Shown: positions 54,118-63,562, counted from the stretch's first letter. The stretch: 64,000 nucleotides of DNA from Candidatus Spongiisociaceae bacterium (GCA_965202665.1 OZ241841.1:2272001-2336000); one strand, 5' to 3'. The notes: generated from the sequence alone by a model not told the origin. Numbers and translations are program-made.

Positions 54118-54495
54118 ATGAGCCGCCAGGTTGCCTTTACCAACTCCGCCCCGCCCCCCGCCGGGCCCTACTCCCAGGCGGTCCGCTCCGGGCCGATGCT
54201 GGCCTTGGCCGGCCAGGGAGGGTTCGACCCGGCCACCGGGGAACTGGCCGGCCCCGACTTCGCCGCCGAAGCCCGCCGGACTTTCGCCAACCTCCTCGCC
54301 GTTTTGGAAGCGGCCGGGGCGGGACCGGAAAACGTCATCCGGCTGGGCGTGTTCCTGACCGACCCGGTTCATTTCCAGGAGATGAATTCGGTCCTGCGGG
54401 AGTTTTTCGCCGAACCGTTCCCTGCCCGCACCACCGTCTACGTGACCCTGCCCGGCTCCATGCGCATCGAAGTGGACGCCTTAGCGGTCATATAA
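54118..54495 (+). CDS. RidA/YjgF family protein
   Basis: GPYSQAV, AGQ, FPARTTV, IEVDA. Confidence 0.93.
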   Translation: MSRQVAFTNSAPPPAGPYSQAVRSGPMLALAGQGGFDPATGELAGPDFAAEARRTFANLLAVLEAAGAGPENVIRLGVFLTDPVHFQEMNSVLREFFAEPFPARTTVYVTLPGSMRIEVDALAVI

Positions 54496-54500
54496 GCCGC

Positions 54501-56168
54501 ATGAGCGCAACCGTTTCTTACGCTTTGGCGGACCTGGCCGGGCCGGTAGCCGACCGGTTGCGGGACTGGGAACGGGAGGACTTCGGGCGGCGGCTGTGGG
54601 AGGGCGATCACTCCCTGTGGTCGGCGGAGCCCGTCCCCGAACTAACCGACCGGCTGGGATGGCTGCGGTTGCCCCGAACCGCCGCCGGGGCCTGGCCGGA
54701 GTGGCGGGCCTTCGCCGAAGAGGCCCGCGCCGAATTCGACCAGGTGGCCCTGCTGGGAATGGGCGGTTCCAGCTTGGCCCCGGAAGTGTTTCAAAAAACC
54801 TTCGGCCCCGCCCCCGGGCGCCCCGATTTGCTGGTGGCGGACAGCACCCATCCGGCCGCGGTGCAGGCGGCCCGCTCCCGGCTGAACCCGGAACGCACCC
54901 TGTTTTTGGCCTCCTCCAAATCGGGCGGCACTTTGGAAACCCTCTCCCTCCTCCGCTACTTCTGGGAGCAAACCGCCCGCCTGACCGACGATCCGGGACG
55001 CCGCTTCGCCGCCGTCACCGACTCCGGCTCCAGCCTGGAATCTTTGGCCCGAAAACGGGGGTTCCGCCGCGTGTTCCACGCCCCCCCCGACGTGGGCGGC
55101 CGTTATTCGGCCCTGACCGCCTTCGGGCTGGTTCCGGCCGCCCTGCTCGGAATGGACGTCCCCCGGTTGCTGGCGGGAGCGGAGACGATGATGGGGGAGT
55201 GCGGCCCGGACCGGGCCCCGGCGGACAACCCCGGCTTGAAACTGGGGGCGGCCCTGGGGGAGGCCGCCCGCGCCGGACGGGACAAAATCACTTTCCTGTG
55301 CTCGCCCGCCCTGGCTTCTTTCGGAGCGTGGGCGGAGCAGTTGCTGGCGGAAAGCACCGGCAAACGGGGAACCGGCCTGGTTCCGGTAGCGGACGAACCG
55401 CTGGGCGACTACCGCGCCTACGGCCCCGACCGCTTCTTCATCCACCTGGCGTTGGCCGGCGACGACCCGGCCGGCCTCCCGGCCCTTTTGGAAACCCTGC
55501 AGGCGGCCCGCCATCCCATAGTCAGGATCGCGATGGACGACCTTTGCGACCTGGGCGGGGAAATGTACCGCAGCGAAATGGCGGTGGCCGCGGCCGGGGC
55601 GGCGCTGGGAATCAACCCTTTCGACCAGCCGGACGTCCAAGTGGCCAAAGACCTGGCCAACCGGGACATGTCCGGCGGGGAGGAGGCGGCCCCCCTCCCG
55701 GAGGCGGACGCGGCCGACCCCTCCCAAGCCCCCGCTTTGGCGGCCGCCTGGGAGAACTGGATATCCGGCCTGCGGCCGGGCGACTATCTGGCCGTACAGG
55801 TTTACCTGCCCATGGACGGCCCGGCCGCCCCGCTCATCGACGAACTGCGCCGCGTCCTGCGGGACTCCCGCCGGGCGGCGGCCACGGTCGGCTACGGCCC
55901 CCGCTTTCTGCATTCCACCGGACAGCTGCATAAAGGCGGGGCGGACAACGGGCTGTTTCTGCAGATAGTGGACCGCCCCCGCCCCGAACTGCCCGTCCCC
56001 GAAACCGAATTCACCTTCGGCCAACTGATAACCGCCCAGGCGGCCGGCGACTGCCGGGCCCTCCTCCAACGGGGAAGGAGGACGTTGCGGGTGAACGCCG
56101 GGGACGACCCGGTGGCCGGAGTGCGGGCCCTGCTGGACTTGGCCCGGGACGGAAACTACCGGAACTGA
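54501..56168 (+). CDS. pgi: Glucose-6-phosphate isomerase (type related to the TAL-PGI fusion domain)
   Basis: RLGWL, GMGGSSL, SSKSGGTLE, GGRYS, AESTGK, NPFDQPDV, HSTGQLHKGG. Confidence 0.9.
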   Translation: MSATVSYALADLAGPVADRLRDWEREDFGRRLWEGDHSLWSAEPVPELTDRLGWLRLPRTAAGAWPEWRAFAEEARAEFDQVALLGMGGSSLAPEVFQKTFGPAPGRPDLLVADSTHPAAVQAARSRLNPERTLFLASSKSGGTLETLSLLRYFWEQTARLTDDPGRRFAAVTDSGSSLESLARKRGFRRVFHAPPDVGGRYSALTAFGLVPAALLGMDVPRLLAGAETMMGECGPDRAPADNPGLKLGAALGEAARAGRDKITFLCSPALASFGAWAEQLLAESTGKRGTGLVPVADEPLGDYRAYGPDRFFIHLALAGDDPAGLPALLETLQAARHPIVRIAMDDLCDLGGEMYRSEMAVAAAGAALGINPFDQPDVQVAKDLANRDMSGGEEAAPLPEADAADPSQAPALAAAWENWISGLRPGDYLAVQVYLPMDGPAAPLIDELRRVLRDSRRAAATVGYGPRFLHSTGQLHKGGADNGLFLQIVDRPRPELPVPETEFTFGQLITAQAAGDCRALLQRGRRTLRVNAGDDPVAGVRALLDLARDGNYRN

Positions 56169-57667
56169 TGGAAACGTTTCCGGGGGCGGGCGGCGGACGG
56201 GCGGAACCCCATCTGCTGGTGGTCTTCGGGGCCACCGGCGACCTGTTCCGCCGCAAACTGCTCCCCGCCCTCTACCACCTGGTGCGGGAACTGGGACTGG
56301 GCGACCGGTGCGCGATGCTGGGAGCGGCCCGCACCCCCCTCACCGACCAAGAGTTCCGAGAGCGGTCCCGGGCCGCCCTGGCCGCCGCCCGCCCCGACGA
56401 CTCCGAAGACCCCGACGACCCGGACGACCGGAACCGCTGGTGCGACCGCATGCTCCACTACCAGCCGATAGGGGAGGGGGCCGACTCCTACCGGGGGCTG
56501 GCCGAACGGGTGCGGGCCGTGGAGGCGGAACACGAGCTGGGCGGCAACCGCATTTTCTATCTGGCGGTGCACCCGCAGGTGGTGCCGACCGCGGTGCGGG
56601 CCCTCGGCCAATGGGATTTGTCCCGCAGCCCCGGCTGGACCCGGCTGGTGGTGGAAAAACCGTTCGGCTCCGACCTGGACTCCGCCCGGGATTTGAACCG
56701 CCTGCTGCATAGTCATTTCCCCGAAAACCGGATTTTCCGCATCGACCATTATCTGGGCAAGTCCACCGTCCAGAACCTGCTGGTGTTCCGCTTCGCCAAC
56801 CCGGTGTTCGAATCAATCTGGAACCGGGACCGCATCGACAACATCCAGATCACGATGGCCGAACGGGACGGCATCGGCGACCGGGCCGGTTATTACGACC
56901 GGGCGGGGGCGGTGCGGGACGTCGTCCAAAACCACGTGACGCAGGCGCTGAGCCTGGTGGCGATGGAACCCCCCGCCTCTTTCGCCGCCGAAGCCATCCG
57001 GGACGAGAAGGTCAAAGTGCTGCAGTCCCTGCGCCCGTTGCGGGCGGAGGACGCGGTCCTCGGCCAGTACGCCCCGGGCCGCATCGGCGGCGCCCCGGCG
57101 GCCGGCTACTTGGAGGAGCCGGGGGTGGCGGCGGGGTCGGCCACCGAAACCTTCGCCGCCCTGCGGGTGTTCGTGGACAGCTGGCGATGGCAGGGGGTGC
57201 CTTTCTACCTGCGCAGCGGCAAACGGCTCCCCGCCCGCCTCACCCAGGTGGCGGTGACTTTCCGGGAGCCGCCGGTGGCTTTGTTCAAAAGTTACGACCG
57301 GGGCCACCTGAAAGGCAACGTTTTGTATTTCCGCCTGCAACCCGACGAAGGCTTCGACCTGCTGTTCGACGTGCAGGTTCCCACCGGCGATCTGCGCCTG
57401 GCCACCTTGCCGTTCACCTTCAACTACGAGGACACGTTCGGCCGTTTCCCGGACGCCTACGAAACCCTCCTCTACGACGTGATGTGCGACGACCGGACCC
57501 TATTCGTGCGGTCGGACGAGGTGGAGGAGTCGTGGCGATTCTTCGAGCCGCTGTTGAAAAACGGGCCCCGCCCGGAACCCTATCCGGCCGGGTCGTGGGG
57601 GCCGGAGTCGGCCCATCGGCTGGTGGCCGCCAACCCCCCCGGTTGGACTTTGGCCCCCGGCTGGTAA
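56168..57667 (+). CDS. zwf: Glucose-6-phosphate dehydrogenase
   Basis: FGATGDL, EKPFG, RIDHYLGK, WQGVPFYLRSGK. Confidence 0.97.
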   Translation: METFPGAGGGRAEPHLLVVFGATGDLFRRKLLPALYHLVRELGLGDRCAMLGAARTPLTDQEFRERSRAALAAARPDDSEDPDDPDDRNRWCDRMLHYQPIGEGADSYRGLAERVRAVEAEHELGGNRIFYLAVHPQVVPTAVRALGQWDLSRSPGWTRLVVEKPFGSDLDSARDLNRLLHSHFPENRIFRIDHYLGKSTVQNLLVFRFANPVFESIWNRDRIDNIQITMAERDGIGDRAGYYDRAGAVRDVVQNHVTQALSLVAMEPPASFAAEAIRDEKVKVLQSLRPLRAEDAVLGQYAPGRIGGAPAAGYLEEPGVAAGSATETFAALRVFVDSWRWQGVPFYLRSGKRLPARLTQVAVTFREPPVALFKSYDRGHLKGNVLYFRLQPDEGFDLLFDVQVPTGDLRLATLPFTFNYEDTFGRFPDAYETLLYDVMCDDRTLFVRSDEVEESWRFFEPLLKNGPRPEPYPAGSWGPESAHRLVAANPPGWTLAPGW

Positions 57668-57669
57668 GT

Positions 57670-57924
57670 TCAGGTGCGCAGGTAGTGGGCCATGGCCGGA
57701 TGGCGCAACTTGGCCAAAGCCTGGGCCTCCACCTCCAAGGTTTCGGCGGGGGTGAGCCCGTGATGCCCGGCGACGTCCTCCAAAGGCTGGGGGGGTTGGT
57801 CGTCTAAGCCGTGGCGGGCGGTGAGGATTTCCCGTTCCAGCGGCTTCAGCAACATAAGCGCGGTGCGGAGCCGTTCCAAAAAAAACTGTTCGGGAACGTC
57901 GCCGTATTGAATTTGGTCGGTCAT
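57670..57924 (-). CDS. Stand-alone sigma70 region-4-like protein (84 aa)
   Basis: EREIL..RHGLDD...LEDVA...GLT......E.QALAKLRHP; SD GAGG. Confidence 0.8.
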   Translation of the reverse strand: MTDQIQYGDVPEQFFLERLRTALMLLKPLEREILTARHGLDDQPPQPLEDVAGHHGLTPAETLEVEAQALAKLRHPAMAHYLRT

Positions 57925-57996
57925 GGGGGGGATCCTCGTTCTTGGGGAAGTAAGAACGCTCCACCCTACGACCGCCCCGCGCTCCCTTGGGGTATT

Positions 57997-58434
57997 TCAC
58001 CTATGTAGTTCAAAACCCGCCCCGGCGGCCGCCGACCAGGAGGCGACCCGTTCCGCGGTTATTTCCAGCACCGGGCCGGGCGGGGGGGCGGCCGCGTAAA
58101 CCGGGTATTTTTCCAGCAGGGCTTGCCGGGCCCCGGCCGGGGTTTCCGTCCATTCCAGGATGCGGGCCCGCCCGTCCACCCGTATCCACCACAGGCGGGT
58201 CCAGTCGTCGCGGTAGCAATCCACCAACGCCGAAACCGCCGGATTGGCCCGGATGTTTTCCAAGCGGCGCAGGCGGAGGGTGGTCTTCGGTTTGCGGTCC
58301 ACCGCGCTGTACAGCCGGCCTTCCCAGTAGGCGAACACGATGGGAACCAGATGCGGCCGCCCGTCCCGCCCGGCGGTGCCCAGCACGGCCCGGCGGGCCT
58401 CCCGCAGGCGCCGGTCGATTTCCTCCCGCTCCAC
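57997..58434 (-). CDS. PPOX-class F420-dependent oxidoreductase
   Basis: GRPHLVP, VDRKPK, LRRLENI, YRDDW..LWW.RVDG. Confidence 0.9.
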   Translation of the reverse strand: MEREEIDRRLREARRAVLGTAGRDGRPHLVPIVFAYWEGRLYSAVDRKPKTTLRLRRLENIRANPAVSALVDCYRDDWTRLWWIRVDGRARILEWTETPAGARQALLEKYPVYAAAPPPGPVLEITAERVASWSAAAGAGFELHR

Positions 58435-58483
58435 CCCGGCGCCCCTTTCCGTTCCCGTCGTCTCTCGTTGCCCGGTGCGGAAA

Positions 58484-59434
58484 CTAGCCCAGCCCGGCCG
58501 CCCGTCCTTTGTCCACCAGCTTCGCCGCCATCTTGCGGGAGGCCTCGTCGATCAACTTCCCGTCCAAGCTGGCCGCCCCCCGCCCGGCGGCGATCGCCTC
58601 CGCGTAGGCCTCCAGCACCCGTTGCGCCGCCGCGTATTCGCCGACGGTGGGAGTGAACATTTCGTTGGCCAAGGCGATCTGCGAAGGATGGATGCACCAT
58701 TTGCCGTCCACCCCCAGCAGTTTGGCCCGCCGGGCCGACTCCCGGAAACCGTCCGCATCCCCGTAATCCCCGAACGGCCCGTCGATGGCGTCGCATCCCA
58801 CCGCCCGGGCGTTGTTGACGATCTGGGCCAAAATGTAATGCCACTGATGGCCCGGATAGTCCGGCTCCACCATTCCCACCGAATCCTGCCACACCCCCTG
58901 GTTGGCCGAATAGTCCCCCGGCCCGAAAATAAGCGTTTCGATGCGGTCGGTCACCGCCGCAATTTCGGCCATGTTGACGCTGCCGGAGCCGGTTTCGATC
59001 TGCACTTCCAAGCCGATTCTTTTCCCGACGCCCAAGTCTTCTTCCATCTGGGTGAGCAAATTTTCCACAAACCACATTTGCCCGGCGTCCTGCACTTTGG
59101 GGATCATCAGGCAGTCCAACCCCTCCCACCCGCCGGACACCACTTCCATGATGTCCCCGTACTGCCAGCGGGTGGTGGCGTCGTTCACCCGCACCGTCAC
59201 CACCTTGCCCCGGTAGTCGTGGGAGCCCAGGGCGTCGACCACCTGCCGCCGGGCCTTCACCTTCTCGGCGGGGGCCACCGCGTCCTCCAAATCCAGAAAA
59301 ATCTGGTCGGCTTCGGTGGCGGCCGCTTTTTCCATCATGCGGGGATTGGAACCGGGCACCGCCAGGCAGGAACGGCGCAACCGGGCCGGACGGCCGGGAA
59401 CGGAGCCGGTGGAAAGGAAAGGATTGACGGGCAT
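58484..59434 (-). CDS. CitE/malyl-CoA lyase family (HpcH/HpaI aldolase-citrate lyase)
   Basis: RRSCLAVPGS, FLDLEDAV, VRVN, QIET, GPGD, GKWCIHPSQI. Confidence 0.93.
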   Translation of the reverse strand: MPVNPFLSTGSVPGRPARLRRSCLAVPGSNPRMMEKAAATEADQIFLDLEDAVAPAEKVKARRQVVDALGSHDYRGKVVTVRVNDATTRWQYGDIMEVVSGGWEGLDCLMIPKVQDAGQMWFVENLLTQMEEDLGVGKRIGLEVQIETGSGSVNMAEIAAVTDRIETLIFGPGDYSANQGVWQDSVGMVEPDYPGHQWHYILAQIVNNARAVGCDAIDGPFGDYGDADGFRESARRAKLLGVDGKWCIHPSQIALANEMFTPTVGEYAAAQRVLEAYAEAIAAGRGAASLDGKLIDEASRKMAAKLVDKGRAAGLG

Positions 59435-59502
59435 GGGACGGGCCCCCTTTCTTGCTAGCCCCTAAACCTGAACCTGAAACCGGGTGGGGACTGAAACCCG
59501 GG

Positions 59503-59576
59503 TGGGCGTTGACGGGTTCGAACCGCCGACCTCTTCCTTGTAAGGGAAGCGCTCTCCCAGACTGAGCTAAACGCCC
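59503..59576 (-). tRNA. tRNA-Val(TAC); CCA not encoded
   Basis: Reverse complement GGGCGTTTAGCTCAG...CTTCC-CTTACAA-GGAAG...GGTTCGAACCC...AACGCCCA. Confidence 0.95.
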
Positions 59577-59601
59577 CGCCCTTACTCTAGCCGCCCCCGC
59601 C

Positions 59602-59620
59602 GGGGGGGGGGGGGGGGGGG
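59602..59620. repeat. G19 homopolymer between divergent tRNA-Val and MFS genes
   Basis: 19 consecutive G. Confidence 0.85.
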
Positions 59621-59642
59621 ACGCCCGTATAGGATGAAAACA

Positions 59643-60794
59643 ATGACCGCCGCCCAACGTCGCCTCGGACGGGTCGTGTTGCTGTTGCTGGCCGCCGTCC
59701 TGGGAATGGGGATTGGGGCCATACTGGCTTTGCTGGCCGACATTCAGGACCGGTTCGGCTACCCCACTTGGGCTTTGGGAGTGATCGCCGGGGTCACGTT
59801 TCTGACCACCTTCGCCACCCATTTGCTAATGTCCCCCCTGGCCGACCGGGGCTGGGAACGGCGGGTGATCGCATTGGGAACCGCCGTCATGATCGCCGCC
59901 CTGCTGTGGATGGTTTACGCCTCCCTGCTGTGGCATTGGGTGGCCGCCCGTGCCCTGCTCGGTTTCGCGGAAGGGGCGGTGGTAAGTTCCGGCCGCCGGG
60001 TGATGCTCAGCTGGGACCAGGACCACCAGGGCCGGGCCCTGAGTTTGCTCACCTCCGCCCTCCTCGCCGGGTTCCTGCTGGGACCGCCCCTGGGCGGGGC
60101 GTTGAACGAAGTAAACACCGCCCTCCCGTTCCTGGTTCCGGCGGCGATGGGGGCCCTCATGCTCCCGCTGATCATTTTCGCCAAACCGGACGCCTACGCC
60201 CGGCCCGCCGCCCGCCTCAGCCGCCTCCGGATCGCCGCCATCCCGGGGATGACTTCGGGGCTGATCGTAGCCGGGATAGCCTGGTTCATCATTGGGGTGA
60301 TGGACGCGGTCTGGTCCCGCTACGCCTCCGACCTGGGGGCCGGCACCCTGCTCATCGGCTTCAGTTACCTGTCCATCGCCCTGCCCAGCGTGGCCCTCAG
60401 CCCGGTGGGGGGTTCCATCGCCGACCGGACCAACCCGGTGCGGCTGGCCATGCTGGCTACTTTCGCCACCGTTCCGGTGGTGTTCCTCCTCGGCTGGGCG
60501 CCGGGGATGGCGGCTTTGATGGGGCTGGCGGCCGTTTATTCCAGCCTGTGGGCTTTTCAGCTCCCCACCGCCCAGGCGGCCGCCGCCAAAGTGGTCCCGC
60601 CCGGCCAGTCCGCCGAAGGCCAGGCCATCATGGAGGGCGTGGGCCTGCTGTGCGCCGGTGCGGGGGCCTTCGCCGCCGCCCCCCTCTACGGCTCGGCGGG
60701 CCCGCGGGCGGTGTTCGGCTTAGCGGCCGCCCTTTCCCTAACAGCCGCCCTCGGCATCTTCCGGCTCCGCCCCCGCTGGCGGAAACTATTCTGA
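59643..60794 (+). CDS. MFS transporter
   Basis: About 12 TM helices; LADRG and IADRT motif-A-like loops, GPPLGG. Confidence 0.9.
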   Translation: MTAAQRRLGRVVLLLLAAVLGMGIGAILALLADIQDRFGYPTWALGVIAGVTFLTTFATHLLMSPLADRGWERRVIALGTAVMIAALLWMVYASLLWHWVAARALLGFAEGAVVSSGRRVMLSWDQDHQGRALSLLTSALLAGFLLGPPLGGALNEVNTALPFLVPAAMGALMLPLIIFAKPDAYARPAARLSRLRIAAIPGMTSGLIVAGIAWFIIGVMDAVWSRYASDLGAGTLLIGFSYLSIALPSVALSPVGGSIADRTNPVRLAMLATFATVPVVFLLGWAPGMAALMGLAAVYSSLWAFQLPTAQAAAAKVVPPGQSAEGQAIMEGVGLLCAGAGAFAAAPLYGSAGPRAVFGLAAALSLTAALGIFRLRPRWRKLF

Positions 60795-60909
60795 AAAAGC
60801 CCCCGCCGGGAAAGTTTGCGGTTACGATTCTTGAACCGGCGCCTAATATCAAAGCGGGCCGGCCGGGCGGCTGGGCGCAACGGGAAGCAACCAGGAACGG
60901 GAGGGCGCG

Positions 60910-61893
60910 CTGAGCACGTTGTTCGGATTCGGGGCTTATGTGCCGGAGCGGGTGGTAACTAACCGGGATTGGGAAAAACGGTTGGACACCAGCGACGAGT
61001 GGATCACGCAACGCACCGGCATCAAAAAACGCCGGTTCGCCGCCCCCGGGGAAACCACTCTCACCATGTCGGCCAACGCCTCCCGGGCGGCCATCGCCGA
61101 CGCCGGGATGTCCCCCGCCGACATCGACGAGATCATCGTCGCCACCGACACCCCGGAGGCGAAAACCCCCGACACGGCCGCCTACCTGCAGGACGAGCTG
61201 GGATGCCGGGAAGTCCCCGGCTACGACCTGGCCGGCAGCGGATGCGCCGGGTTCATCCAAGCCTTGGACGTGGCCCGGGCCCGCATCGCCTTCCATTCCA
61301 AAAACGTGCTGGTGGTGGGGGTGGAGTTGATAACCCGCCTGATCGACCTGACCGACCGCAACACGGCCGTGCTGTTCGGGGACGGGGCGGGGGCCCTGGT
61401 GATGGGCCCGGCGGGCCGGGGCGGTAAGGCCCGCATGGTGGAGGGGCTGTCCGGCACCGACGGCTCCCTGACCGGCATCCTCCACGTTTTAGCGGGCGGC
61501 ACCCGCCGCCCCTTCAACCGCGACCTGTTGGAGTCGGGCGAACATCTGCGCCTGGTGATGAACGGCCCGGAAGTGTTTCGCAACGCAGTGGCCCGCATGT
61601 CGGCCACCGTCAAAGAACTTCTGCGGCGAATGGGCAAAACCGCCGCCGACGTGGATCTGGTAATACCCCATCAGGCCAACAGCCGGATAATCGACGCGGT
61701 AGGCAAAAACCTGGGGCTGGGGCGGGACCACGTGTACGTAAACATCCGGGAATACGGCAACACCGGTTCCGCCTCGGTGCCGCTGGCCCTGTGCGAAGCC
61801 CAAGCCAACGGACGCATCAAACGGGGCGACCTGGTATTGCTCACCGCCTTCGGGGCCGGTCTGCACTGGGCGGGGGCGGCCCTCCAGTTCTAA
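60910..61893 (+). CDS. fabH: 3-oxoacyl-ACP synthase III; start CTG 60910 or TTG 60919
   Basis: DTSDEWI..RTGI, GCAGF, LFGDGAGA, PHQAN, YGNTGSAS, FGAG. Confidence 0.95.
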   Translation: MSTLFGFGAYVPERVVTNRDWEKRLDTSDEWITQRTGIKKRRFAAPGETTLTMSANASRAAIADAGMSPADIDEIIVATDTPEAKTPDTAAYLQDELGCREVPGYDLAGSGCAGFIQALDVARARIAFHSKNVLVVGVELITRLIDLTDRNTAVLFGDGAGALVMGPAGRGGKARMVEGLSGTDGSLTGILHVLAGGTRRPFNRDLLESGEHLRLVMNGPEVFRNAVARMSATVKELLRRMGKTAADVDLVIPHQANSRIIDAVGKNLGLGRDHVYVNIREYGNTGSASVPLALCEAQANGRIKRGDLVLLTAFGAGLHWAGAALQF

Positions 61894-61980
61894 CCCGGTC
61901 CGGGGCGGCGCACGCCAACCGCCTAAAACCTGTATTAACTGAATTTCGGGTATCCTGGGGGCGTCTACGAGAGGAGGCGG

Positions 61981-62715
61981 ATGGCCGAATCGTTTCTTTG
62001 GAAAGGCCGTCTGGGCCCCATGGGACTCCACATTTCCGACACCACTTTCACCCCGTCCACTTTGTCGGCTTTGCTGGCCGGGGAGATGCGCATCGAGGAG
62101 GGGGACGTGGTGATCGACGTAGGTTGCGGCTCCGGGATTCTGGCCATCATCGCCGCCAAACTGGGGGCCCGCCACGTGCACGCGGTGGACAAAAACCCGG
62201 ATGTGGTGGAGGTGGGCGGAGCCAACGCCGCCGCCAACGGGGTGGCCGGGCGAATCACCTTCTACCAAGGCGACCTGTTCGAACCGCTGGACGAAAAAGT
62301 GTCCGCGGACGTGATCATCGGGGACGTGTCCGGCATCCCCGACGATTTAGCCGACGAAAGCGGCTGGTTCCCCACCCGGGGCGGCGGCGGACGGCGGGGA
62401 AGCGAACTTCCCATCCGCATGCTGACCGAGGCCCGGCGCCGCCTGGCCGCGGGCGGGCGGATGTTTCTGCCCACCGGATCCATCCAGGACGAAGAGTCCA
62501 TCCTGGAAGCCGCCCGGCGCATGTATTCCAAAGTGCGCAAACTGGCGGAACGCACCATCCCGCTCCCCGCCGCTTTGGCGGCCAGCCGGGTGACGGCCGC
62601 CCTGTCGGAGATGGGCATCGTCCGGCTGGCCACCCGCGGCTCCCGCAGTTTGTGGGAAGCCCGGGTGTGGGAGGTTTCCGGGGTCGCGCCGCCCGCCGCC
62701 GCTTTTCCCGTTTGA
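61981..62715 (+). CDS. Class I SAM-dependent methyltransferase
   Basis: VIDVGCGSG, AVD, GDLFEP; SD GAGGAGG. Confidence 0.88.
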   Translation: MAESFLWKGRLGPMGLHISDTTFTPSTLSALLAGEMRIEEGDVVIDVGCGSGILAIIAAKLGARHVHAVDKNPDVVEVGGANAAANGVAGRITFYQGDLFEPLDEKVSADVIIGDVSGIPDDLADESGWFPTRGGGGRRGSELPIRMLTEARRRLAAGGRMFLPTGSIQDEESILEAARRMYSKVRKLAERTIPLPAALAASRVTAALSEMGIVRLATRGSRSLWEARVWEVSGVAPPAAAFPV

Positions 62716-62755
62716 GGGCCGTCGGGCTCCGCAGCCAGGGTACGATGGGGGGCGA

Positions 62756-63562
62756 ATGGTTTTTCAGGTAAGCCGCCTGCTGAAGGCGATCGACCGCCGG
62801 GCGCCCTTCGCCGCCGCCGTCGCATGGGACGCGGTGGGCCTGCAAATCGGCGGCCCGCAACGGCCGATAGAACGGGCGGCGGTCGCGCACGAAATCACCA
62901 CCGACGTCGCCGAACGCCTTTGCGAAGGAGGGTACGACACGGCGGTCACCTACCACCCGTTGCTGTTTCAGCCTTTGACGGAGGTTCTGGACCGGCCCGG
63001 ACCGCAACGCCGGGTGATGGCCCTGTTGAAACGGGGGGTGAGCGTCATCGCCGTTCACACCAGCTGGGACGCGGCGCCCGGCGGATGCTCCGACGCCTTA
63101 GCCGAAACCTTGGGCGTCAACCCCGGAGGATGGTTCGCCCAAATGGAGACCGAAGGGGAGGAGGGCTGGCTGGGCCGGGTGGGGATGTGCCAGGGAAGCG
63201 CCGCCCAGTTGCTTTCCCGGGTAGAGGAAAAACTGGGTTCCTCGCCCCGCCTGGTCGGCATGAAAGAGCGGCTGCAGAAGCGCGCCCGGGCGGGGATGGT
63301 GGCGGTCCTGCCCGGTTCCGGCGGCTCTTTCGTAGAAGAAGCCGCCTACTGCGGGGCCGACATCTACGTAACCGGCGACGTCTCCCATCATGAGGCCCGC
63401 CTGGCGCTTGATTTGGAGTTGGCGGTAATCGACGCCGGGCATATACCTACCGAGCGGCCGGGGGTGCGCAGGCTGTATGATTTCGTGGCTGAAACGTTGG
63501 GGCGGACGGCCGCGGTGGATGATTTGAGCAGCCCGCAAGATCACCCCTGGGAGGAGGCATGA
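62756..63562 (+). CDS. Nif3-like (YbgI/DUF34) dinuclear metal-centre protein
   Basis: WDAVGLQIG, TYHPL, HTSWD, GSG, TGD..HH, DAGH..TE. Confidence 0.92.
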   Translation: MVFQVSRLLKAIDRRAPFAAAVAWDAVGLQIGGPQRPIERAAVAHEITTDVAERLCEGGYDTAVTYHPLLFQPLTEVLDRPGPQRRVMALLKRGVSVIAVHTSWDAAPGGCSDALAETLGVNPGGWFAQMETEGEEGWLGRVGMCQGSAAQLLSRVEEKLGSSPRLVGMKERLQKRARAGMVAVLPGSGGSFVEEAAYCGADIYVTGDVSHHEARLALDLELAVIDAGHIPTERPGVRRLYDFVAETLGRTAAVDDLSSPQDHPWEEA

